Made by a program: the position numbers and the translations under genes. Below, piece by piece: positions 39,610-48,578 of a DNA stretch of 64,000 bases. Origin of the DNA: Gemmatimonadaceae bacterium (GTDB lineage Bacteria > Gemmatimonadota > Gemmatimonadetes > Gemmatimonadales > Gemmatimonadaceae); NCBI GenBank assembly GCA_051859245.1, contig JBHYGA010000004.1, positions 224,001-288,000 on the forward strand, in the 5' to 3' direction. The notes under the pieces were generated by a model. That model was not told where the DNA came from, did not search any database, and saw only the letters and a program-made list of their open reading frames with translations. Positions within the stretch are counted from its first letter, which is position 1. Each line of letters opens with the position of its first letter.

Positions 39610-40911
39610 ATGCGCTTCCAGACTTCGCTGCTCGTTGCGACGCTCGCCCTCGCCGTTGCCGCAGGCTCCCCGCTCGCCGCACAGACGTACCCCACCAGCT
39701 GGGACCCGGCCATCATGCAGCGCGCCGATGTGAAGGCCGCGCTCTCCATGATCGAGCAGCGATTTCCGCAGCAGCGCGATGAGTGGATCCGGCTCACCGA
39801 GATTCCAGGCAAGTCGAAACTCGAACAGGCGCGCGGCGCCTACGTGAAGCGCGTATTTGAAGAAGAAGGACTACGCGTTTCCGTGGACTCCATCGGCAAC
39901 GTCACTGGCGTGCGCAAGGGCACGGGCGGCGGACCGACCATCGCCATTGCCGCGCACATGGATGTGGTGTTTCCGCCCGAAACCAACACGAAAGTGCGAG
40001 TGGTGGGCGACACGCTCTACGCACCGGGCATTGGTGACAACACCGCGTCAGTCGCCAACATGCTCGCCACGCTCCGCGTGATGAACGCCACCAAGTTCAC
40101 GAGCAAAGGCGACATCATTTTCATTGGCACCGTGCAGGAAGAGCTCGGCCTCAAAGGCATGGAGTACTGGCTCGAACACAATCCCGCACCGGATCTGCTC
40201 ATTGTGCCGGATGGTCAGTACGGTGTGGTGAGCTACGGTGCACTTGGCATTTACTGGACCAAGTACGTCTTCACGAGCCCGGGCGCGCACACCCTCGCTT
40301 CGCGCGGACGCCCCACACCGGTGCGCGCGCTCGCCGCTGCGATTGAGCGGCTTTATGCGCTGCAGTTCGCGCCCTTGCCTGATGGCGCCGTCATGAACAT
40401 TGGACAGGTGCGTGGTGGCGAAATTTTTAACGCGGTACCGCAGGAAGTGTATTTCACCGTCGACCTGCGCAGCCCGGATCCGAAGTTGCTCGACTCACTC
40501 GATGCACACATCACAAAAATCGTGCAGTCTGTGGCAGACTCACAGAAAGTCGGGCTGCGCGTAGAGATCGATCAGAAGAGCCGCGCCGGCGGTACCGAGA
40601 AACAACTCGAAGGCGCACGCGCACACCCGATTGTGCAAACGGCCATCGACATCAATCGTGCGCTCGACATCAGCGTTGGCATGCCTGGCGCGCGTGAAGC
40701 CGTGCCAACGGGCGCCACCGATGCCAACTCGGGCGTGGTGCGAAAAATTCCGAGTATTGCCATCGGTGGGTCCAAAGCATCAGGTGCGCATCAGCTCACG
40801 GAATACGCGATTGCGTCGAGTGCACTGCCGAGCACCAAGTTGTTGTATCTGCTCACCGCAACGTTCGCGGATGGCGTCAAGACGGTTACACCTGCCCGCA
40901 TCGTACCATAA
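39610..40911 (+). CDS. Secreted M20/M25/M40 metallo-hydrolase
   Basis: AAHMDVVF, PGIGDN, VQEE, TDAN, AHQLTE; signal peptide. Confidence 0.9.
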   Translation: MRFQTSLLVATLALAVAAGSPLAAQTYPTSWDPAIMQRADVKAALSMIEQRFPQQRDEWIRLTEIPGKSKLEQARGAYVKRVFEEEGLRVSVDSIGNVTGVRKGTGGGPTIAIAAHMDVVFPPETNTKVRVVGDTLYAPGIGDNTASVANMLATLRVMNATKFTSKGDIIFIGTVQEELGLKGMEYWLEHNPAPDLLIVPDGQYGVVSYGALGIYWTKYVFTSPGAHTLASRGRPTPVRALAAAIERLYALQFAPLPDGAVMNIGQVRGGEIFNAVPQEVYFTVDLRSPDPKLLDSLDAHITKIVQSVADSQKVGLRVEIDQKSRAGGTEKQLEGARAHPIVQTAIDINRALDISVGMPGAREAVPTGATDANSGVVRKIPSIAIGGSKASGAHQLTEYAIASSALPSTKLLYLLTATFADGVKTVTPARIVP

Positions 40912-40916
40912 GCTGA

Positions 40917-43493
40917 TCACTGATTGCGACGCGCCTCGTCGCGCGTCGCCCGCGCTTCCCACTTTGCCGCTTCAGTGGGTTTCCCCCACGCGGTATAGAG
41001 CTCACGCAAACGGCGCCACACATCCTGCACCGGCTCCACACTGTGAGGCAACTCGGCGGCAAGTTGTTGTTCTGCCGGGATCAGCAACGCCTCCGCCTCG
41101 GCGTATTTGCCAGCAGCCGTCAGCACTTCGGCGAGTGAACTGTTCGTCGACGCCAGCAACCAATGCCCCTTGGGCAAAATTGCCGAGCGCAATCGATGCG
41201 CTTCACGCACCCAGCGCTCACCCACCGTTGCGGAGTCAAGTCGCGCCAGCGCCATACCCAAATGCATCATGCTCGATGCAAGTGCGATGTTCGAATCATC
41301 AAGCGTTTTTCCGCGCAGCGCGACCACGCGACGTGTCCACTGCGTGGATTCCGCGTAGCGACCTCGACGCCGCAAGTGGTCGCCAAGGTTGAGCATCGTC
41401 ATTGCCAGATTCGGGTGCTCCGGTCCGAGTACGCGTTCGCGAATACTGATCACTTCGCGAAACGCTGCTTCTGCGGAATCCATTTGCCCAAGACGCTCCA
41501 GCACGCCTGCGCGTACGGTCAGAATCATGGCCAACGCCGCCTCGTCATCTGGGGCAACGCGCCGCTGCAACTTGAGCGCCGACGCGAGCAGCGTATCGCC
41601 CGCAGTGTGGTCCCCCATGTCGCTGGCGACAACTGCGGCTGAGACAAACGTGGGCACAGCGGCCACCGCGTCGTCTGGAAAGTGCTCGCGGTGCAGCGCC
41701 AGTGATTCGTACAATAGCGGCAGTGCGTCGGCGTTATTGCCGAGACGGTTGAGTGTCTGCGCTCGCGTATCGAGTAGCGTCGAACGCGCCAGCGGGGTCA
41801 CATCGCGCAGTACGCGCTGCATGGAATCCGCAATGCGAAGCACGGAATCAGCCGCGGGGTAGTTGCCCTGCTCCCAGCGCGCGATGCCAATGTCAACAAT
41901 CGTGCTGGCATGGCTCAGCGTTCCGCGAAGATTCGCGCGTTCATTCGCCGCCAGGCTGCGCACATACTGCGTGTCCGCTTCCGTGTATTCGCCCAGCGCA
42001 AGATACGTGTCGCCCATGATCGATCGCAGTTCGGCTTCAAGCGCCGGCGACAACCGCGCATCGTTGAGCCGAAATGCCGCCGAATCCAGCACGTCGCGTA
42101 CCCGCGCATCGGCGCCCAGCACGCCGGGCTTGGCCGCACCGAGCATTTCGGTCAGGAACGCCTGCACTTCGGTCGCGCGTGCCGCTTCGCTGCTCGCACG
42201 TGACGCTTGTCGCATGGCGGCCGCAGTGCCGGCGACCAACGACAGTACCGCGACTGACGCGGCGAGCAGTTCAACACGGCGGCGACGCACAAATTTTCCA
42301 ATGCGATAGCCCGCACTGTCAGGTCGCGCGATAACCGGACGACCCGCCAAGTGACGCGTGATGTCGTCCATGAGCGCGTCCACCGAACCGTACCGTCGAT
42401 CCGGTTCCTTGCGTAGCGCCATGCCGACAATCGCGTCCAGATCACCGGCGAGCGTGCGCTTGGCGCGATCAAGTGATCGTTCACCGAGCAATACACTGTG
42501 CGACACCGCCAACTCGGCGCTCGGCCGCGGCGTTGGTGTTTCCGTGACCACACGTTCCATCGCACTCGCCGAAAGACCAGCGAGTGAGAAAGGCCGGCGC
42601 CCGGTTAACAGTTCGTACAGCAAAACGCCGAGTGCGTACACGTCGGCCGTTGTGGTGACCGGCTCACCGCGCATTTGCTCGGGAGCCGCGTACTCTGGTG
42701 TGAACGCGCGCGCGCCAAGCGCGGTGTGCTGCGATTCACTGCCATCATCGTCCAGCAACTTGGCAATGCCAAAGTCTACGAGTTTCACCGCCCCGTCTTC
42801 GCGCACCAGAATGTTGCTGGGCTTGAGATCACGGTGCACAATCAGGCGGCGATGTGCAGCGCGCACTGCATCACAGACGTCAAGGAACAGACGCAGTCGT
42901 GCGTCGACATCCAGCTTGCGCTCGTCGCACCATGCAGTGATTGGCGAGCCGTCAATGTACTCCATGACGAAGTACGGCTGACCGTCTGGCGTGACGCCAC
43001 CGTCGAGCAACGCCGCAATGCGCGGATGTTGCAGTGAGGCAAGAATCTGTCGCTCGCTGCGGAACCGTCGCGCCGCGTCGTCGCTATCGGTGATGCGACG
43101 GAGAAACTTGACGGCGACACGTTGCTGATACTGATCGTCGGCGCGTACCGCTTCGTGCACCGTGCCCATGCCACCGGCACCAATGCGGCGTCCAATGGCC
43201 CACGGGCCCAAATGCAAACCTTCGCGCTCTGCATCTTTGGAAGCGAACGCGTCTGCATGATCACGTGGTGTAATCGCCTCAAGCGCCAGCGCGCCGAGCG
43301 AGCGGTCACTGTCATGTGCAGCGAGCAACGCGCGCAACTCATGCGCCAGCGCGGGATCGCGCAATGCAGCATCAGAAAGAATGGATTCACGCTTATGCGA
43401 GGGCGCGTGTACCGCCGCATCAAACATTTGTTCGAGTTCCGCAAAACGCGCCGCGGTGCCCGAATCGTCGGGTGGCAACGCGCCGGTGCTCAC
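40917..43493 (-). CDS. Ser/Thr protein kinase with TM and TPR repeats, coupled to an ECF sigma
   Basis: IGAGGMGTV, HRDLKPSN, DFG, FTPEYAAPEQ, GDLDAI, LGPEHP TPR; GTG start overlaps the sigma stop codon. Confidence 0.92.
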   Translation of the reverse strand: MSTGALPPDDSGTAARFAELEQMFDAAVHAPSHKRESILSDAALRDPALAHELRALLAAHDSDRSLGALALEAITPRDHADAFASKDAEREGLHLGPWAIGRRIGAGGMGTVHEAVRADDQYQQRVAVKFLRRITDSDDAARRFRSERQILASLQHPRIAALLDGGVTPDGQPYFVMEYIDGSPITAWCDERKLDVDARLRLFLDVCDAVRAAHRRLIVHRDLKPSNILVREDGAVKLVDFGIAKLLDDDGSESQHTALGARAFTPEYAAPEQMRGEPVTTTADVYALGVLLYELLTGRRPFSLAGLSASAMERVVTETPTPRPSAELAVSHSVLLGERSLDRAKRTLAGDLDAIVGMALRKEPDRRYGSVDALMDDITRHLAGRPVIARPDSAGYRIGKFVRRRRVELLAASVAVLSLVAGTAAAMRQASRASSEAARATEVQAFLTEMLGAAKPGVLGADARVRDVLDSAAFRLNDARLSPALEAELRSIMGDTYLALGEYTEADTQYVRSLAANERANLRGTLSHASTIVDIGIARWEQGNYPAADSVLRIADSMQRVLRDVTPLARSTLLDTRAQTLNRLGNNADALPLLYESLALHREHFPDDAVAAVPTFVSAAVVASDMGDHTAGDTLLASALKLQRRVAPDDEAALAMILTVRAGVLERLGQMDSAEAAFREVISIRERVLGPEHPNLAMTMLNLGDHLRRRGRYAESTQWTRRVVALRGKTLDDSNIALASSMMHLGMALARLDSATVGERWVREAHRLRSAILPKGHWLLASTNSSLAEVLTAAGKYAEAEALLIPAEQQLAAELPHSVEPVQDVWRRLRELYTAWGKPTEAAKWEARATRDEARRNQ

Positions 43494-44080
43494 GCGCCAG
43501 CCGTTGCCATGGACGATGAATCGCCATCCAGTGCACGCAGGAGAAATGCGCGCGCGAACGTCCAATCGCGTTTCACCGTGGCCGGCGACGAAACCATGGC
43601 TTCCGCCGTTTCTTCAATGGAGAGTCCGCCGAAGAACCGCAGTTCGACAACGCGTGCTTGCCGCGGTGCGAGGCGTTCCAGATCGGACAAGGCGTCATCC
43701 AACGCAATCAGATCAATCGACGTTCCTTCTGAGCCCACCAGTGCTTCGTCGAGGGTGACACGCACTCCGTAGTCGCGTTTGACCCGACGTCGCTTGCGCG
43801 CGTGATCCACGAGCAGACGCCGAATGGTTTGCGACGCAATCGCAAAGAAATGTGCGCGATTCTGCCACGACATGCGGTTGACGCCGATGAGCTGCATGAA
43901 CGCTTCGTCCACCAGCTCGGTGGGCTGGAGTGTATGCCCCGCCGTTTCGCGACGCATCGCGAGTTCCGCGATGCGATGCAGTTCGTCGAGCACAAGCTGT
44001 GCCACGCGGTCCGCCGCGCCAGGGGTTCCGCGCTGCAGCTCCGCAAGCGCCGAGGTGATGTCTCCGGTAGGGCCGGTCAT
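43490..44080 (-). CDS. ECF sigma factor, TIGR02999/ECF43 type
   Basis: GHTLQPTELVDEAF, WQNRAHFFA, VELRFFGGL, TVKRDW. ATG at 44080. Confidence 0.92.
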   Translation of the reverse strand: MTGPTGDITSALAELQRGTPGAADRVAQLVLDELHRIAELAMRRETAGHTLQPTELVDEAFMQLIGVNRMSWQNRAHFFAIASQTIRRLLVDHARKRRRVKRDYGVRVTLDEALVGSEGTSIDLIALDDALSDLERLAPRQARVVELRFFGGLSIEETAEAMVSSPATVKRDWTFARAFLLRALDGDSSSMATAGA

Positions 44081-44148
44081 AGCCGCTACGCTAGCGCTCG
44101 ACACACACTGCCCGCAAGCAGCATGTGCCGAGCTCTGGCGTAACAGCA

Positions 44149-47100
44149 TTACCGCCGGATCATCGCCCCAACCCGTGGTGCGGCCGGCGGCTGGCCACCG
44201 AACTCGAACGCTCCGATATCACACGCGGCGATGCGCGTGAATCCGCGCTGATCACTCACCGGGCAGCTGGCCGCCACACCAGCGTTGATCGCGGCGCTCC
44301 CTTCAAGCAGCGCGTGCGTGAACGACGGCCCGCCGTTGTTTGCCAGTGTCGTGTTGATCCCGGGCGGCGTGTTGGGTTTGTCAGACGCGACCGTAAAGCG
44401 TGTGCACGTGGCGTCGCTCGACAGATTGCCGCCGCCTGATGTGATCAGACTTGTGCCGCCGCTTCCGCAATCTCCGGGATTGCTGCCAACGAGATTGCCA
44501 GCCAACAAGACGTTGGTGACTGTGAGCGCTCCAGCGTTGTTGGTGCCAATACCGGCTCCGTAGTCAAACGCTTTGTTCGCGACGAACGTGGAGTTCACGA
44601 TAGTGCCGGGACCAGTGGCGGCGATTCCACCACCGGTGAGCGCCTCGTTGGCCGAGAAAGTGCTGTTGCGAACCGTGAGATTTCCGGTGGTGGCGGTGAA
44701 CAGCCCCCCGCCAATCGCGCCGGTCGTATTTCGCGCGAAGGTGCTCTCTTCCACGAGCGTAGGCACACCTGCGGTCATGCCGCCACCGCTCGCTGCGATC
44801 GCCTTGTTTCCGCTCACCGTGACACGTCGCAAGGTAGCGGCGGCGCCCGGCCCAACGAGTTGCACGCCACCGCCCTGCGTGCCGGCTTCGTTGTCGAGTA
44901 CCTGCGTACCCGCCATGCTGAATACCGACTGTCCGGCCTTCCAAACGCCGCCGCCAACCGTGTTGGAGCGATTGCGCCGAATCTGGCCGCCTTCAAGTGT
45001 GACCGTCATCGTTCCGTTGAATCCGTACGCGCCACCGGAGTTCGACACGTTGTCGTCGGCGATCACGTTGCGCAGCGTGTACGTGCCGCCGGTAAGTGCG
45101 AGAATCGCACCTCCGCCCTGCGTGGCGCGGTTCTCCACAAACGTCGAGCTATCAGCGACCAGCGTCACGTTCTCCATATAGGCGCCACCGCCGCCGCCCG
45201 TCGAGGCGAGATTCTCCGCAATGCGCACGCCCTTGAGCTGAACGCTCGGGCCGTTGAGAAAGAGCGCGCCTCCACCCAGAGCCTGATTCCGCTCGATCAC
45301 AACATTGGTCAGTGCGAGCGTTTGCGCGCCGCTCTGGAAAATCGCGCCGCCAAAAGCCGCGGAACGGTTTCCACCGATTGACCCGCCGGTGACGGAAAGT
45401 TCGGCCGTATTGCCGCCCCAGATCGCTCCGCCGGAGCCAGAGGTACCGTTCGCACGATTGTTGTCCACGTTCACGTTGGTGAGCGTTGCCTTGGCCGTCT
45501 GCTGCAAATACAAACCGCCACCACCCGTCAGGTTCGCAATGTTCTCGCGAATGCTCCCGCCCTGCTGCGAATACTCGCCCGTGCCATAGACGAGCGCTCC
45601 ACCGGCACGGTTGGCGGCCGTGTTCGCAATCAGATCCGAATTCACCAACATCGCGCGCGAGCTAGCGATTTCGAGCCCCGCTGCAGACGACGCGCTGTTA
45701 GCGCGGATGGTCGTGCCCGTGATGGTCGCGAGGGCGCCACCGCGAACACTGACAGCACCGGCCGAAACGATCGCGCTGTTACCCTGAATCGTCGCGTTCA
45801 CCAGTGAAAGCGTGGCGGTGGCGCCATCTACGAACATCGCGCCACCAATACCAAGCTGCGGACTCGTTGCGCGATTGTCAGTGACCGAGGTGCTGTCGAG
45901 CACAAGTGAAGCGTTGAAAACGCGAACGCCGCCGCCTACGGAGCCACTCGCGACATTCTCGGCAATACGTCCGCCGAGCAGCGTCACCAACGTACCCTCT
46001 TCCAGCGACAATCCCGCGCCCGCTCCGGACGCGCCATTGGTACGATTGTTGGTGATCTCAACGTTCACAAATGTGCCACGCGCCGCGCGCGCCACGAGTA
46101 CCCCGCCGCCCGGGACGTTATCCGATTGATTGTCTGTCACGCGCACATCACGAAGCGTGACATTGGCTTTGTTGTCAATCATCAATCCGCCGCCACCGAG
46201 CCGTCGTCCACCGCGCATTGTTACGCCGCGCACGGACGCCGAGAACTCACCGTCAATCACGAGCACGCCGCGGCGCGCTGCTTCCGTGCCAGCCGCGTTG
46301 ATGATGAGCGCATCGACGCCCGGTCCGACGAGATCGAGCGCGGCAGTCACGGACGGCAGCGCAGCACCGAGCGTGATTGTGGCTGGCGCTGCACCGCCAA
46401 CAATCACGATGGAGTCGCGATCTGGCGCCGTATTCGACGCAGCGAGCGCCTCTCGCAGCGTGCAATGTTGCAAGGTGCAGCTCCCATCATCGGTATCGTC
46501 GAGGGTTGCAACGCGCCAGACGTTGCGCACCGTAAGGGCACGTTCGCCTTGTTTGGCCGGATCACGTACGCTCGTCGCGCGAACCGTGCAGGTTCCTGGC
46601 GTACTTGGCGCGAGAAACTGTACCGTGGCGCCCGTACCGGTGATCGTGCCACAACTTGTGCTCCACGTGACCGAGAGATTGCTGGTCCCCGCGACCGCGG
46701 CAGTCAACGCGGTCTGTTCACCGCGGAACAGCGCGCTGCTCACCGCCGTCACGGCCACCGTGACCGGTGTGACGGTCACCGTCGCGGCGGCAGTGCGTGT
46801 TGGATCCAGCACACTGGTGGCCGTCACGGTATAACTGCCACCAGCCACCGGAGCAGCCCATCGCACACTGCTGCCGGTGCCAACAATTGTGCCCGCACTC
46901 GCCGTCCACGTCACCGCGTCATTCGTGGCGTTTGTCACCGCCGCCGCGAGCGACACGGTGTCACCCGCGCCTACGGTGCTCGTGGCCGGTGTCACCGCAA
47001 TGCTCACTGGCGTGACCGTCACCGTGGCGAACGCTGTGCGCGCCGCGTCGACCACACTCGTTGCCGTAATCGTGTAGCTGCCACCCGCACCGGGTGCGGT

Positions 47101-47415
47101 CCATGAGGCGCTTGTGCCGTTCGGCGTGATGGTGCCCGCACTCGAGCTCCACGTCACGCCAGTATTGGTCGCGTTCGTAACCGACGCCGTGAACTGCGCC
47201 GTCGCGCCCGCGTTCACGGTCGCGGTGGCAGGCGTGACGGTGACGCTGACCGGAGGCGGCGGTGGCTCCGTCGTGCCCGAGTCGCCGCCACAGGCGAAGA
47301 CACTCGACAGTGTGAGAAACGACAGCAGAACGACTGCACAGGACCGGCGAGACGGGCGCGTTGCGCGCCGTAGTCGCTGACCGGTCCTCAAGTCTGATGG
47401 TGAGAGGCGGGGCAT
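44149..47415 (-). CDS. Large surface lipoprotein/adhesin: three Ig-like repeats, CSLREA motif, beta-helix repeats, choice-of-anchor Q-like C-terminus
   Basis: VFAC lipobox, repeated VTPAT...VTW...GTI, CTLREA, GGG/GGA and N.A repeats, LANNGG...DQRG...CDIGAFE. Confidence 0.88.
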   Translation of the reverse strand: MPRLSPSDLRTGQRLRRATRPSRRSCAVVLLSFLTLSSVFACGGDSGTTEPPPPPVSVTVTPATATVNAGATAQFTASVTNATNTGVTWSSSAGTITPNGTSASWTAPGAGGSYTITATSVVDAARTAFATVTVTPVSIAVTPATSTVGAGDTVSLAAAVTNATNDAVTWTASAGTIVGTGSSVRWAAPVAGGSYTVTATSVLDPTRTAAATVTVTPVTVAVTAVSSALFRGEQTALTAAVAGTSNLSVTWSTSCGTITGTGATVQFLAPSTPGTCTVRATSVRDPAKQGERALTVRNVWRVATLDDTDDGSCTLQHCTLREALAASNTAPDRDSIVIVGGAAPATITLGAALPSVTAALDLVGPGVDALIINAAGTEAARRGVLVIDGEFSASVRGVTMRGGRRLGGGGLMIDNKANVTLRDVRVTDNQSDNVPGGGVLVARAARGTFVNVEITNNRTNGASGAGAGLSLEEGTLVTLLGGRIAENVASGSVGGGVRVFNASLVLDSTSVTDNRATSPQLGIGGAMFVDGATATLSLVNATIQGNSAIVSAGAVSVRGGALATITGTTIRANSASSAAGLEIASSRAMLVNSDLIANTAANRAGGALVYGTGEYSQQGGSIRENIANLTGGGGLYLQQTAKATLTNVNVDNNRANGTSGSGGAIWGGNTAELSVTGGSIGGNRSAAFGGAIFQSGAQTLALTNVVIERNQALGGGALFLNGPSVQLKGVRIAENLASTGGGGGAYMENVTLVADSSTFVENRATQGGGAILALTGGTYTLRNVIADDNVSNSGGAYGFNGTMTVTLEGGQIRRNRSNTVGGGVWKAGQSVFSMAGTQVLDNEAGTQGGGVQLVGPGAAATLRRVTVSGNKAIAASGGGMTAGVPTLVEESTFARNTTGAIGGGLFTATTGNLTVRNSTFSANEALTGGGIAATGPGTIVNSTFVANKAFDYGAGIGTNNAGALTVTNVLLAGNLVGSNPGDCGSGGTSLITSGGGNLSSDATCTRFTVASDKPNTPPGINTTLANNGGPSFTHALLEGSAAINAGVAASCPVSDQRGFTRIAACDIGAFEFGGQPPAAPRVGAMIRR

Positions 47416-47501
47416 GGCGAGGAGCTCCATCGCGGAGTGGAAGGACACCCACTGAACGCGGGTGGTGGTCTCACTTACGCGCCGTCCCCGACCAAACTGG
47501 C

Positions 47502-48455
47502 TCACTGCACCGGTGCCAGACCCTCATTGTTGAAGAATCGCACCAGCGTACGGGCCGCCTCTCTCGGACGTTCCCAATGCGGCGAGTGACCCGTTGAGTC
47601 GAACTGCACCAATGGTGCGCGGTACAGCCGCACAAGCTCTGTCTGCTCGGAACGCGGCATGAACGCATCCTTCGCGCCCCACATGACCATGGTACGCACC
47701 GTGCTCCGCACGGGCGGACCTGAATCGGTCATCATGCCCCGCATCAACCCCTTCCACACGTGCAGTGGCAACTTGAGACTCGCCTGGACCGTGGAATCAA
47801 GAAATGCCTGAGGAACCGGTACATGCACGGAACTCTCTTGAAAGCCGCGAGCGAACGCGTCGGACACTGGTGCATTCTCGTCCGTGAACTCTGCCACTGC
47901 GCCCGCGAGTTCGCCCAAACCCGCAACGTATGCACCGCCTCGCAGAGCACCAATCAGCCCGAGCGATTGCACGCGATTAGCCCGCTGCGCGGCAAGATGC
48001 TGTGCGACCGCAGAACCCATCGAATGTCCAACTACGTGCACTCGCGTCAGTTGCAGGGAATCGAACACCGCCGCCACATCGCTGGCCAGCGTGCGCATGC
48101 TGTAGTCACCCACTGGTTTGCTCGACTCACCGTGTCCGCGCATATCGATGGTGATCAATCGAAAGTCGCCCGGGAGGAACTCGACGACACGGTTGAATGA
48201 TGACCACGAATCCGACAATCCGTGCAACATGACCACGGGCGTGCCATTCGGGTTGCCGCGTTCAACCACATGCAGCCCCACATCGGATGACACCTGTATG
48301 TGGCGTGCCCGAATGCCGGTTGCCACTCCGGTATCGGCGGTCGTGTTCGCGAGCGCGATGTTGTCGCCGTTGGGACGGCTTACGGCACCGGCGGTGATGG
48401 CTGCGACGGCGCCAATCGCGGCGACTGAAAGAAGAAGCGTTTTACGTGCCAGCAT
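47502..48455 (-). CDS. Secreted alpha/beta hydrolase
   Basis: MLHGLSD, DMRGHGES, GHSMG, WGAKD, GHSPHWE. ATG at 48455. Confidence 0.9.
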   Translation of the reverse strand: MLARKTLLLSVAAIGAVAAITAGAVSRPNGDNIALANTTADTGVATGIRARHIQVSSDVGLHVVERGNPNGTPVVMLHGLSDSWSSFNRVVEFLPGDFRLITIDMRGHGESSKPVGDYSMRTLASDVAAVFDSLQLTRVHVVGHSMGSAVAQHLAAQRANRVQSLGLIGALRGGAYVAGLGELAGAVAEFTDENAPVSDAFARGFQESSVHVPVPQAFLDSTVQASLKLPLHVWKGLMRGMMTDSGPPVRSTVRTMVMWGAKDAFMPRSEQTELVRLYRAPLVQFDSTGHSPHWERPREAARTLVRFFNNEGLAPVQ

Positions 48456-48578
48456 TGGGAGCGTGGGCAGAGGAGTGCAGGCAGCGATGGTGCTGCTTGA
48501 CTCTTCATGCGCGGACTGTCTGCTCAGCACGACATCCCGCGAGAGACACCGCGCCTCGCTCCCGCGCAGGGTACGTCG

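Noticed and set aside
46530..47260. Repeated DNA inside the large surface protein
   Set aside because: Explained by three tandem Ig-like protein domains; not a mobile element or a diversity-generating repeat, and no reverse transcriptase is present.
47416..48578. Shared ECF43 promoter motif upstream of the adhesin and hydrolase genes (CGCGTA/CGCGCA)
   Set aside because: The putative -35 elements and spacings do not agree; too weak to call by eye.
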